Part shown: positions 1 through 10,053 of the stretch, one piece after another
Layout: each line of letters starts with the position of its first letter
Position numbering within the stretch: position 1 is the first letter of the stretch
Virus record (IMG/VR): IMGVR_UViG_3300009788_000010
Reading direction: 5' to 3' (one strand)
DNA: 64,000 nt
Source: an uncultured virus (IMG/VR IMGVR_UViG_3300009788_000010)
Lineage: Duplodnaviria > Heunggongvirae > Uroviricota > Caudoviricetes
The notes under the pieces: generated by a model
The model's database searches: none
What the model saw: only the letters and a program-made list of their open reading frames with translations
Told to the model about the DNA's origin: nothing
Program-made: the position numbers and the translations under genes

Positions 1-144
1 AGCGGCCCTTCGCTGTTCGGCTCCGTCGTGGGCGCGTGCGTCGACGCCGGCGTCCAGGCGCTGTTCGTCCACGACCGCGACGCCGCCGCGGTGGCCGCTC
101 ACCGCTTTCTGGCCAACTACCTCGAGCGGCTGAGGGCCCGTTAG
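1..144 (+). CDS. 3' end of a truncated gene, possibly the C-terminus of an ERCC4-like nuclease
   Basis: Frame 1 is open from the window edge to TAG at 142-144 (SLFGSVVGACVDAGVQALFVHDRDAAAVAAHRFL). The resemblance is weak. Confidence 0.3.
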   Translation, partial: SGPSLFGSVVGACVDAGVQALFVHDRDAAAVAAHRFLANYLERLRAR

Positions 145-254
145 CCTTCGTTTTCAACGGCTTACGGCCGCCGTTTGCGGACCATCGGAATCGAGCTAGT
201 CTGTGCGGCCCTAGCCGAACATCGGCGAAACCGCTTGGAGGAGGATCGTGCCCC

Positions 255-446
255 ATGCCGCAGCAGCCGCCCCTACCGAAGGTGTCCAAGTCCGTCTACC
301 TTTCGACGGAACTGGTCGAGAAGGTGGAGAAGATCGCGGAGGAGACGGGCCTCAGCGTCAACTTCGTGATCGCCGCCATCCTCGAGAGGGAAGTCGAAAG
401 CTACGCCGCGGAGCCCGCGAAGTTGGTGACGACTCCTTCTTCGTAG
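255..446 (+). CDS. ribbon-helix-helix (CopG/Arc-like) DNA-binding protein
   Basis: ATG at 255 after GGAGGAGG. KVSKSVYLSTELVEKVEKIAEETGLSVNFVIAAIL fits the RHH pattern. Confidence 0.7.
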   Translation: MPQQPPLPKVSKSVYLSTELVEKVEKIAEETGLSVNFVIAAILEREVESYAAEPAKLVTTPSS

Positions 447-575
447 CGGCCGACCCCGCTCGCTGCGCGGCGTGCGGGACAGAAACCAAGTGCGACGCGT
501 GCGTCGAGTGCGCGTCCAACGTATGCGGTCGCTGCTCCGATTTGGACGGCTGCCTGCTATGCGTGAGGAGGTAGC

Positions 576-1679
576 GTGAGAAAGAAGGCGAAACGGAAGT
601 CCGCCCCGAGAGTGAAAGCCCGGACCCAGCCCAAGAAGAAGGGCTTCAAGAAAAAGCGCACCGCCCTCCGCTCCATGGCCGCGCCGGACGCTTCCGCCGG
701 CGGGCAGAAGATCGTCACCGCCCTCGGCGAGATCAACCTCGGCGAGAAGATCATCACCAACAGTGCCCGCGGCACGTTTCTCGACTGCCGGAAGAAGTTC
801 CTTTGGGAGTACGCCTACCGCCTCGCGACGCGTGGCATCACCGACTACTTTTGGGTGGGCAGCGTCTGTCACGAGGAATGGGATCTGATGTATCAGCGCG
901 GCAAGTTCGCGGTCAAGCCGTTCCGCAAGCGTCTGAACGCGGCGATAGAGAAGGCGCTCGCGCTATGCGTCAACGAGGATCAATCCGACAAGGTGTGGAA
1001 GGGCGGCGCCTGCATCGGCGGGCTCATCCCGTCGTACGCCGAACACTATCTGGAGCGCGACCTCGACCAGTTCGAGATCGTCGCGACGGAGACGCGGTTC
1101 GAACCGATCGAGATCCCGAACACCAGCGGCTGGAGGTACGGCGGCATCCGCGACATGTTGGTCCGCGAGGGCGGCGAGCTGGGCCTGTGGGAGAACAAGA
1201 CGGCCGGCGGCATCGACGCCGGCTACATCGCGAGGCTGCCACTCGACTTCCAGATCCTCGGCTACGTCTGGGCGACGCAGACGGAAATGGAGGAGGAGCT
1301 GGACTTCATCATGTACAACATCGCGCAGAAGACGAAGCTGCGCGGGCGGCAGGGCGAGGCGTTCCCAAGCCTTCTCGAACGGATCGCGGAGGACTACGCC
1401 GTCGATCCGACGAAGTACTTCTACCGCGAGCGCGTCCCGTTCGACCAGCGGTCCGTCAAAAACTTCGTCAAGGAGCTGTCCGCGTTCTGCGGCGAGCTGG
1501 ACCGCGCCATCAAGGACGGATACTGGAGCATGAACACGCGGCGCTGCGCCGACCGCGGCATCTGCCCGATGATGCCGCTGTGCATCGAGGGGCCGAAGCC
1601 GGATCTCCTGCTCCAGTATCGCCGCAAGGCGTCGCAGCACGAGGAGCTGGAGTCGAAGAAGAAGGCGAAGGCGGCGTGA
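576..1679 (+). CDS. PD-(D/E)XK nuclease (RecB/Cas4-like phage exonuclease)
   Basis: DCRKKF..H, ETRF, GIRD, WENKT, YNI and C-terminal CxxxxxCPxxxxC motifs. Lies upstream of a Sak4-like ATPase. Confidence 0.8.
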   Translation: MRKKAKRKSAPRVKARTQPKKKGFKKKRTALRSMAAPDASAGGQKIVTALGEINLGEKIITNSARGTFLDCRKKFLWEYAYRLATRGITDYFWVGSVCHEEWDLMYQRGKFAVKPFRKRLNAAIEKALALCVNEDQSDKVWKGGACIGGLIPSYAEHYLERDLDQFEIVATETRFEPIEIPNTSGWRYGGIRDMLVREGGELGLWENKTAGGIDAGYIARLPLDFQILGYVWATQTEMEEELDFIMYNIAQKTKLRGRQGEAFPSLLERIAEDYAVDPTKYFYRERVPFDQRSVKNFVKELSAFCGELDRAIKDGYWSMNTRRCADRGICPMMPLCIEGPKPDLLLQYRRKASQHEELESKKKAKAA

Positions 1680-1957
1680 CGGCTATGAGTTCCCGCGGGA
1701 AGGGGGAAGGTGAAAAGGATGGCGCGAGCGTTGGAGCCGCAAGATCCGTAAGCCTTCCCCCGCCTTCGGCCAAGCCGCGGCGCCATCAGTTTCGTTGGGC
1801 GCCGAAGCAGGAGCGGTCGCTGTGCGTGCGGTGCCTGCGACCTTCTCAAATCGTGAAGGGACTTCGATTCGTCTGGGATAATTCTGAGCCGTGTCCCGGA
1901 TGGGCGTTGGCAAGCGACCGCCGCCGGGCGTTCAAAAAATGGAAAGTCAAAAGGTAA
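1676..1957 (+). CDS. hypothetical protein (CxxC)
   Basis: GTGA overlap with the upstream stop. Fills the gap before the next RBS. Confidence 0.4.
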   Translation: MTAMSSRGKGEGEKDGASVGAARSVSLPPPSAKPRRHQFRWAPKQERSLCVRCLRPSQIVKGLRFVWDNSEPCPGWALASDRRRAFKKWKVKR

Positions 1958-1966
1958 GGAGGGAGG

Positions 1967-2782
1967 ATGCTGCCGAAGACATCAAAGGTTGAGGGCGTCG
2001 AACTCGGGTCAATGTGCTTCTTCTTCTACGGCCCGCCGGGCATCGGCAAGTCCAAGCTGGTCGAGGGCTTCGTCGACGGGAAGAAGAAGCCGCTCTACAT
2101 GTGGACGTCGCCGGTCAAGTTCTGCGACGGCTACAAGATGCCCATCGACTCGTGGGAGACGTTCAAGAAGGCGGTGCGCGAACTGGACGAGGAGCGGCCG
2201 AATCGGTACTCCGCGATCGCGTTGGACATCGTGGACTTCATCTGGATGCACTGCCGCGCGGAGATCTGCGACCGCCACGGCATCGAGCACGAGGGCGACA
2301 TGGCGCACGGCAAGGGCTGGGACCTTGTCAAGCGGGAGTGGATCTCGACCATCGCCAAGCTGGCGACACTCGGATACCCGCTCATCTTCATCAGCCACGC
2401 GAAGGTCGTGGAGCAGCGCGGCCGCGCCATCACCACGAAGAAGCTGATCCCGACGTTGCAGGGCGGCTGCCATTCGGCGACGATCCCGTTGTGCGACGTC
2501 GAGGGCTTCATCGGGTTCGACGCTGAGGACGCGGACGCGGACACGGGCGAGCGCCGCATCTTCTTCCAACCGACCGAGGTCATCGAGGCCAAGGACTGGA
2601 CGGAGCGGCTGCCGGTCTCGATGAAGTCGCACCGCGATCCGAAGCGAACCGTCGACGCCATCAAGGCGGCGCTCGCCGGGCCCAAACGGGAGGATGACAA
2701 CGGCGCAGCCGCGCCGAAGAAGAGGAAGATCGTCAGAAGGAAGGCGAAGGGCAGGCGGCGGACGTTCCGCCGCAGGGCCTAG
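1967..2782 (+). CDS. AAA ATPase, Sak4-like recombination/ssDNA-annealing protein
   Basis: Walker A YGPPGIGKS, Walker B IALDIVD, GKGW, LIFISH and AKD motifs. Strong RBS. Confidence 0.85.
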   Translation: MLPKTSKVEGVELGSMCFFFYGPPGIGKSKLVEGFVDGKKKPLYMWTSPVKFCDGYKMPIDSWETFKKAVRELDEERPNRYSAIALDIVDFIWMHCRAEICDRHGIEHEGDMAHGKGWDLVKREWISTIAKLATLGYPLIFISHAKVVEQRGRAITTKKLIPTLQGGCHSATIPLCDVEGFIGFDAEDADADTGERRIFFQPTEVIEAKDWTERLPVSMKSHRDPKRTVDAIKAALAGPKREDDNGAAAPKKRKIVRRKAKGRRRTFRRRA

Positions 2783-2816
2783 CCTGTTCGGAAGCCAACA
2801 GGAAGGATAGCCAACC

Positions 2817-3818
<1,002 letters not shown>

Positions 3819-3904
3819 GCGGGCAGCGATCTGCGTTCCATCCAAGGACGCGCGGCGGCACGAGTTCCGCCGTCGCGCGCCCTCTTGGCCGCTGGGGGAG
3901 GGGA

Positions 3905-6466
3905 ATGAAAGCCAAGGGCATCGTCCGCGCCGCGCTATTGAAGAGGCTGGACGTCGCGGCAGTCATCGAAGACTTGACCAACGCGCCCGCGACCGGGGCG
4001 AATATCCATTGCTTGTTTCCTGACGACCATGAAGGAGGCGACGACTCGACCTCCTCGCTCCACATCGACGCCGCGACGGGCAAGGCCTTCTGCCACGGCT
4101 GCGGACACCGCGCGTCCGGTATCATCGGGCTCTATCAAGACATCAAACAGTTAGACCACGATGCCGCGTTGGTCCAGATGTGGCACGAATACGTTGAAAA
4201 GATCGTGCCGGAAGCGGAGGTGAGGAAGGCTCACCGCGAACTGCTCGCGAACCCGCTCATCATGATGCGGTTGAAGAAACGGCGCGGCCTGACCGAGGCG
4301 ACGATCAAGGAGTTCCGCCTCGGCTGGCGCGGCGACCGGCTGTGGATACCCGTCGAGAACGAGGTCGGCCTCGTTGTGGACATCCGAAAATACGACTTGA
4401 TGAAGCGGGCCGAGCCCGGCAAGAAGGTCCTTTCGTATAAGAGCGGCTACGGCAAGGCGCGGCTCTATCCAAGCAAGGCGATGTCCTCGTTGAACAAGTC
4501 CGTCCTGCTAATGGAGGGCGAGATGGACACGCTGCTCGCGCGTCAGAACGGTTCAAACGCCGTGACGATCACGAGCGGCGCCCTTACCATGCCGCTGCCG
4601 CTCGCGAGGAAGTTCAAGCGCAAGAAGGTGACCGTCGTCGCCGACAACGACAGGGCCGGCAAGAAAGGTGCGAAGAAGCGGGCGGACTCCGTCGCGTCCG
4701 CCGGCGCGAAGAGTTCGCGCGTCGTGCACCTGCCCGTCCAGAAGGTCGGCGAGGACTACACGGACTGGATCATCAAATACCAAGGCGACCCGTCCGAGAT
4801 TTTCAACTACGTCGTGTCGCGTCAGAACGGGTTGGCGGCAGCGGAAGAGGACGAGGACGACGATGGCAGCGACGGCGCAGAGAACATCCAGTCGCCCGAC
4901 CGCGACCGCGAGATGGCGGAGCGGGCCCAAATAGTTCTGGACGTGATGAAAAAGCGGGGCGGGTTCTTCTCGGACGGCGGCGGCCATCTCTACTACGTGC
5001 CGAAAGACGCCCGCGCCTCGGTGATGCTGAGCGACTCGGACGCGCTTTTCGGCTATCTGTCGTCGCACGTGCACGCCACCATCAACCCGGCGACGACGCT
5101 GGGCCGCTTCACGGGGAACCACATCCGATTCCACGCGAAGGCGTGCGCCAAGCCGGTCACGACAGGGGCTTGGTCGCATTTCAAGTCGCCGGGCACGCTC
5201 TACCTCTATTCCTCGCGGGATGAAATAATCAAGGCGGACCGCAGGGGCGTGAGGACGATCAAGAACGCACTGTCCGATGACCGCATCCTGCTCGAGACCG
5301 ATCCGAGCCGGGCGCTGTCCGGCGTCAAGTGGAAACCGGACACGGATATATCTGACGCGATCAAATACCTTTGGCGGTACGTCGCGCGAAACATCGCGAT
5401 CTCCAATTCAGACCGCTACATCATCGTGTGCTGGATGATAGGCTGCCTGTTCCGCGAGATGATCCGGTCCAAGCCGCTCCTCCGCTTCGTCGCGGGCACG
5501 AGCCGCGGCAAGTCGACGGCGTGCAAGCTGATCTCCCATCTCTTCTACGGCGAAGAGGTCCTGAACAGCTCGTCGACGACAGACGCGTCCCGCTACACCA
5601 TCGCCCGCACGAACCCGCTACTCATCTTCGACAACATCGAGACGCGGAATATGAACCCGGCCTTCGAGGACTTTATGCTCGAGGCCGCGACCGGCGGCGC
5701 CAAGACGAAGCGGGCCGCCAATACGGACTCGGGCATCATCGTCGAAAAGATCAACTGCCTCATCCTCACCAATGGGATAGAGCCCTTCGCTAGAAACGAG
5801 TTGATCTCTCGGACGTTGGAAATAGAGGTCGACGCCGAACGGTATGGCAGGCCTAACTTTCAAGAATTCCTCGCGCTCCGCGACGTCGTCAAGCACCGCG
5901 ACGCGATTTGGAGCGGGATTTTGAAGATGTGCAAGAAGCACGTCTTCCACCGGATAGAGGAAGGCGACGTCGGGCGCATAGGCCGGGAGTTCGGACGCCA
6001 CGCCATGGAGCGGTTCAACGATTACGTCTCACTGATGGCCATCATCGCTGATGGCGTCTACGCCTATCACCCGACCGACCTCTGGCCGGACACCCGCCTA
6101 CTCGTCGGGAACTGGCTGGAGTCGCAGGAGGATTCCGCCGTGTCGCGGCGGGAGACCACCAACGACGTCCTCTACTGGCTGTCCACGTTCGTGGAACGCC
6201 GCCACTTGACGGACAACATCTCTATCAGGATGGCCGAGAAGAACGGCCGCGTCGTGTTCAAGTGCACCACGCGACAACTGCTCTCGGACCTTCGCGTGCT
6301 GTGCCGGACGATGGGCCAGCCCTGTCCTTGGAAAAGCGAGCGGCAGTTGGGCGTCCGCATCGCCGACGCCGAGGCGATCCTGATTTCCGACGGATGGAAG
6401 AGGCGGTCCTGCATACTCTCCGGCCGCCAGAACTACGAATACACAGCACCGAAGGGGACCAAATGA
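3905..6466 (+). CDS. DNA primase-helicase (CHC2 Zn finger, TOPRIM, C-terminal P-loop NTPase)
   Basis: CLFPDDH..FCHGC, MEGEMD, ADNDRAG, EDYTDW, degenerate Walker A AGTSRGKST and LIFDN. Confidence 0.85.
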   Translation: MKAKGIVRAALLKRLDVAAVIEDLTNAPATGANIHCLFPDDHEGGDDSTSSLHIDAATGKAFCHGCGHRASGIIGLYQDIKQLDHDAALVQMWHEYVEKIVPEAEVRKAHRELLANPLIMMRLKKRRGLTEATIKEFRLGWRGDRLWIPVENEVGLVVDIRKYDLMKRAEPGKKVLSYKSGYGKARLYPSKAMSSLNKSVLLMEGEMDTLLARQNGSNAVTITSGALTMPLPLARKFKRKKVTVVADNDRAGKKGAKKRADSVASAGAKSSRVVHLPVQKVGEDYTDWIIKYQGDPSEIFNYVVSRQNGLAAAEEDEDDDGSDGAENIQSPDRDREMAERAQIVLDVMKKRGGFFSDGGGHLYYVPKDARASVMLSDSDALFGYLSSHVHATINPATTLGRFTGNHIRFHAKACAKPVTTGAWSHFKSPGTLYLYSSRDEIIKADRRGVRTIKNALSDDRILLETDPSRALSGVKWKPDTDISDAIKYLWRYVARNIAISNSDRYIIVCWMIGCLFREMIRSKPLLRFVAGTSRGKSTACKLISHLFYGEEVLNSSSTTDASRYTIARTNPLLIFDNIETRNMNPAFEDFMLEAATGGAKTKRAANTDSGIIVEKINCLILTNGIEPFARNELISRTLEIEVDAERYGRPNFQEFLALRDVVKHRDAIWSGILKMCKKHVFHRIEEGDVGRIGREFGRHAMERFNDYVSLMAIIADGVYAYHPTDLWPDTRLLVGNWLESQEDSAVSRRETTNDVLYWLSTFVERRHLTDNISIRMAEKNGRVVFKCTTRQLLSDLRVLCRTMGQPCPWKSERQLGVRIADAEAILISDGWKRRSCILSGRQNYEYTAPKGTK

Positions 6467-7113
6467 TAATCGCGATTGAGGGGATAGACGGCACGGGCAA
6501 GTCGACCGTCGCCGAATTGCTTTCAAAACGGCTGTTCGACAGATTTCCCTTGTCAGATGTTTCGGTGGTGAGTATGCCCGGCACGACGGAACTGGGAAAT
6601 CGCGTGCACGAGATCTGCCATACTATCGATTTGAGCGTCGTGGAGGAACAGCTTCTCATGACCGCGGCTGACTCCGCGCTTCACCGGCTAGAGATAAGCC
6701 CGGCACTCGACGATGCGGAATTCATGGACTCGATCATCATCATGGATCGCTGGAACGCCTCGTCGCGGTGGGCGTACTCGCGACCGCGCGGCATCGACCG
6801 CGACACGCTCGTCGCGCTCGAGAAGATCTCCAGCGGCTTCGCCGAAAACCCGGACGCATTTGCGCTACTGGATGCAGAACCAGACACGGCGCTGCGACGG
6901 AAAGCGAGCAAGGCGTGGGGATTCGCGGAAATGCAGGGCGAGGCGTTCCTATCGACAGTGAGAGGCCGCTATCTCGAGGCGGCGGACAGGAAGCTATGGA
7001 CGTCGGCTTGGCAGGTCTTCTATACGGAAGGCCATAGCGTCAATTTGATCGTCGCTCAGGTAGAGGAGTTCATCTTGGAAGTTATCAAGGCGAACATAGA
7101 GGCGAGCCAATGA
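6463..7113 (+). CDS. tmk: thymidylate/dNMP kinase
   Basis: IIAIEGIDGTGKST and IMDRW motifs. ATGA overlap with the primase stop. Confidence 0.85.
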   Translation: MIIAIEGIDGTGKSTVAELLSKRLFDRFPLSDVSVVSMPGTTELGNRVHEICHTIDLSVVEEQLLMTAADSALHRLEISPALDDAEFMDSIIIMDRWNASSRWAYSRPRGIDRDTLVALEKISSGFAENPDAFALLDAEPDTALRRKASKAWGFAEMQGEAFLSTVRGRYLEAADRKLWTSAWQVFYTEGHSVNLIVAQVEEFILEVIKANIEASQ

Positions 7114-7964
7114 AGTCTAACAGGCTGACGGAATTCGACCTTGCGTACGCGGACGCGGCCCGCTCCGTGCTGGCGGCGAAACCGGAGCGCGACCTGAGGA
7201 CGGGCAAGTGGAAGCACGCGTGGCACGGCGCGCACTTCTACCAGCAGAACGTCCCGCTGCTCACGCTGCGGGATATCAACATCAAGTGGTTCTGCGCCGA
7301 GTCGGTCTGGTTCATGAGCGGCCAAGGGCCGGAGTTCATGGCTTCGTTCGGCTTCAAGAATTGGGACAAGTTCATGGACGACGACGGGCTGCTGCCGTTC
7401 TCGACGGGCCATCGCTGGGCGGAGGGCGACCAGTTGCTCCGCGCCGTAAAGATGCTGGAGGACGACAAGACGGCGCAGCGGTGCGTTCTCAACGCGTGGG
7501 ACAGCTGGGCGGATTTGCTGCCGGCCGACCACCCTCGGCGTCAAGCGAACGCGCCCTGCATCCCGATGGTTCACTTCACCGTGATCCGCGGCAGGCTTCA
7601 CATATCCGCCTTCCAACGCTCGTGCGATATGCTCTACGGCTTTCCGCACGACATCGCCGGAATGGCGATCATCCGCGACATCGTCGCGTCACGGCTGCGG
7701 ATTCCGCCGGGCTCGATCAGTTGGCACGTGTCCAACCTCCACTTCTACGACGATGAGGTGGACGCGGCGGAGACGATGATGACGCGTCTTGACGGCTGCG
7801 CGGGCGGCACGGCGCCGAACCCGAAGCTGAAGACGAAAAAGAACTGGTACGGGCGGGCGACGCGCGGCGACAAGTCGCTCGTTCTCGACCTTATCTCTCA
7901 ACTCCAGCCCGTGGTGGAGAGGCTCTCGAAGGGGCCGGTAAAGATGCCGCCCCTAACCGTGTAG
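7110..7964 (+). CDS. thymidylate synthase-family enzyme, probably dCMP-specific (methyl/hydroxymethyltransferase)
   Basis: RTG, catalytic PC, QRSCDMLYGFPHD and NLHFY. Asp occupies the E. coli ThyA Asn177 position. Confidence 0.85.
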   Translation: MKSNRLTEFDLAYADAARSVLAAKPERDLRTGKWKHAWHGAHFYQQNVPLLTLRDINIKWFCAESVWFMSGQGPEFMASFGFKNWDKFMDDDGLLPFSTGHRWAEGDQLLRAVKMLEDDKTAQRCVLNAWDSWADLLPADHPRRQANAPCIPMVHFTVIRGRLHISAFQRSCDMLYGFPHDIAGMAIIRDIVASRLRIPPGSISWHVSNLHFYDDEVDAAETMMTRLDGCAGGTAPNPKLKTKKNWYGRATRGDKSLVLDLISQLQPVVERLSKGPVKMPPLTV

Positions 7965-7976
7965 GGAGGGAGAACG

Positions 7977-8177
7977 ATGGGAATGCGAAGCGTACCGCCG
8001 GAGCCCGAGGAGGAGATCTCCGCGGTGGACTTCGCCGTGGCGCGGCTGCGGATCGAGCTGTACGGCGGAATCCAACACCCGGATCTGGAACTCCGCCACG
8101 CTGTGATCGACCTCGTCAATGAGGTCGCGCAGTCCGCGGCGGTGTTCGACAAGAGGGAGAAGACCAATGGCAGTTAG
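7977..8177 (+). CDS. hypothetical protein
   Basis: RBS GGAGGGAG. Packed within the operon. Confidence 0.55.
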   Translation: MGMRSVPPEPEEEISAVDFAVARLRIELYGGIQHPDLELRHAVIDLVNEVAQSAAVFDKREKTNGS

Positions 8178-8754
8178 GACGGTGTGGGAGGCGATCGCGG
8201 TGGCGTCGGTCGACGGCTTCATCGCGCCCCACGACGGGGCCGCGCCCGACCGCGCGTCCCGCGGCGGGTGGACGAGCGAGGAGGACAAAGACGTTCTGCG
8301 CGAGCGCATCGCGGAGTCGGACGCGGTGGTGGTAGGCGGCAAGACGTGGCGGCAGTCGGGCCGGTTTTTGAAGGCCGCGGGAGCGAGCCTCATCGTGGTG
8401 CTATCGAGGGGCCTGACCGACCTTCTCGACGACAAACAGGTGGCCAAGCTTTCGCACCGTCTTGGGAAACCGGCGGATAAGACGTGGCGCGCCACGTCGC
8501 CGGGCGCGATCGCGGACGGCCTTTCTGGATTCAACCACGTCCTCGTCTGCGGCGGCGCCGAGACCTACAACGCCTTCGCCCACCGCATCGACATGTGGAC
8601 GATCGTGACGGAGCCGGTCCTGATGGGAAGCGGCGTCAAGTTGTTCGGCCACAGCCCCGGCTATCGACGGGAGCTAGACCTCATACACTCGTCCCGGCTC
8701 AACAACCGAGGCACCACGCGGTCGCTGTACATGCCGCGGCAGAGGGCGCGATGA
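8167..8754 (+). CDS. dihydrofolate reductase / RibD C-terminal-like protein
   Basis: ASVDGFIA, DAVVVGGKTW, VLSR, LVCGGAETY and PVLMGSGVKLF. Confidence 0.85.
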   Translation: MAVRTVWEAIAVASVDGFIAPHDGAAPDRASRGGWTSEEDKDVLRERIAESDAVVVGGKTWRQSGRFLKAAGASLIVVLSRGLTDLLDDKQVAKLSHRLGKPADKTWRATSPGAIADGLSGFNHVLVCGGAETYNAFAHRIDMWTIVTEPVLMGSGVKLFGHSPGYRRELDLIHSSRLNNRGTTRSLYMPRQRAR

Positions 8755-9188
8755 TGGGCTGCGCCGACTTCAACGAGCGCATGGCCGGCCTCGCTTTGTT
8801 CATCTCGAACTGGTCGCACGCGCCCAAGGGCCGCCGCCACGGCTGCGTCCTCGCGGTGGATGGACGCTACGTGATCTCGACCGGCTACAACGGGCCTCCG
8901 GCGGGCACGCCCCACTGCGACTGCGACGGCAAGCCCAAGGAGTACTGCCTCGCGAACTGCCGCGCGATCCATGCGGAGATCAACGCCATCGCGAACGCGG
9001 CGGCGATCGGAATTGCCACGGGGCCCAATTGGCGCGGCGTCGTCGCCTACGTCACGAAGGAGCCATGCCGGTTCTGTTGGGGCGCGTTGACCAATGCGGG
9101 AATACGCTACATTTGGGCGCCGCTTGGTCCGGGTTCGAATTGGCGTCCCGTTACTGAAGAGGAATGTGACCCGTGGCCGCGCGCGTGA
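8751..9188 (+). CDS. dCMP deaminase
   Basis: STGYNGPP, HAEINAI and EPCRFC zinc motifs. Confidence 0.9.
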   Translation: MMGCADFNERMAGLALFISNWSHAPKGRRHGCVLAVDGRYVISTGYNGPPAGTPHCDCDGKPKEYCLANCRAIHAEINAIANAAAIGIATGPNWRGVVAYVTKEPCRFCWGALTNAGIRYIWAPLGPGSNWRPVTEEECDPWPRA

Positions 9189-9649
9189 GCCCCGCCGTCC
9201 GGAAGTCGATGCGCTCGAACAGGTCGAGCGGCACCCAGCTCGAGAAGTTGGTGGCGCGCATCCTTCGCGCGGAGAACCTGCTGCCGCCGCCGAAGTTGAA
9301 TGACTGGCAGTTACCCGGCTCGCCGGATTTCTCGTGGCGGCGCCCGCGCATCGCGTTGTTCGTCGACGGATGCTTCTGGCACTCGTGCCCGCGCCACCAC
9401 CCGCTGTCGGCGCGACGTATGCCAAAGACGAACACGAAGTTCTGGGCGACGAAGTTCGCGCGCAACCGGAATCGGGACCGGCGGAACGATCGCGACCTCG
9501 CTAAGCTGGGATGGATTGTTATCCGGGTCTGGGAATGCACCGTCAAAGGCAACCCGGCCCGCATGTTGGATGCGCTCGAAGAGGCGTCCGAGGCCGGCGG
9601 GCCCCGCATCACGCGGGTGACGCCGACCGGCCGCAGGAGAAAGAGATGA
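9173..9649 (+). CDS. vsr: very short patch repair endonuclease
   Basis: MRSNRSSGT.LE, LPGSPDF, FVDGCFWH, FW..K..RN..RD and GW.V.RVWEC. Confidence 0.9.
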   Translation: MAARVSPAVRKSMRSNRSSGTQLEKLVARILRAENLLPPPKLNDWQLPGSPDFSWRRPRIALFVDGCFWHSCPRHHPLSARRMPKTNTKFWATKFARNRNRDRRNDRDLAKLGWIVIRVWECTVKGNPARMLDALEEASEAGGPRITRVTPTGRRRKR

Positions 9650-10047
9650 ACTTCGAAGAGATAGATAGGATCGTCAGGAACGAGGATTTCTCAACCCAAG
9701 TAGTCAACCTCCGCCAGTGCGGCAAGGACTACGATACCTACATCGGACGGGCGCATTCGTCGGCGAAGTACGGGCTGCTCTCCAAGAGCCCGTTCTCCAA
9801 CCCGTTCAGCCTGTCGACATCCATTCCTGGCGAGGTCGGCCAGCTCATGAGGTCGGCCGTCGTCGGCAAGTACCTCATCTGGTTCGTGACGCGGACGCCA
9901 CTGCTCGTCGTTCAGGCGAAGGAACTGAAGGGGCAGCGGCTTGGCTGCTGGTGCGCGCCGATGATCTGCCACGGACACATCGTCGCGTGGGCGGCTGAAG
10001 GCCTGCTCGACGAACTGATCTGGCTCATTCTCAAGCAACGAGTCTAA
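9646..10047 (+). CDS. DUF4326-family protein
   Basis: YIGR, FSNPF and ELKGQRLGCWCAP..CHG. Confidence 0.8.
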   Translation: MNFEEIDRIVRNEDFSTQVVNLRQCGKDYDTYIGRAHSSAKYGLLSKSPFSNPFSLSTSIPGEVGQLMRSAVVGKYLIWFVTRTPLLVVQAKELKGQRLGCWCAPMICHGHIVAWAAEGLLDELIWLILKQRV

Positions 10048-10053
10048 GCAGAC

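Noticed and set aside
576..1679. Cas4-like nuclease as part of a CRISPR adaptation module
   Set aside because: It sits in the usual exonuclease-Sak4-SSB recombination cluster. There is no cas1/cas2, and it is far from the pentamer array.
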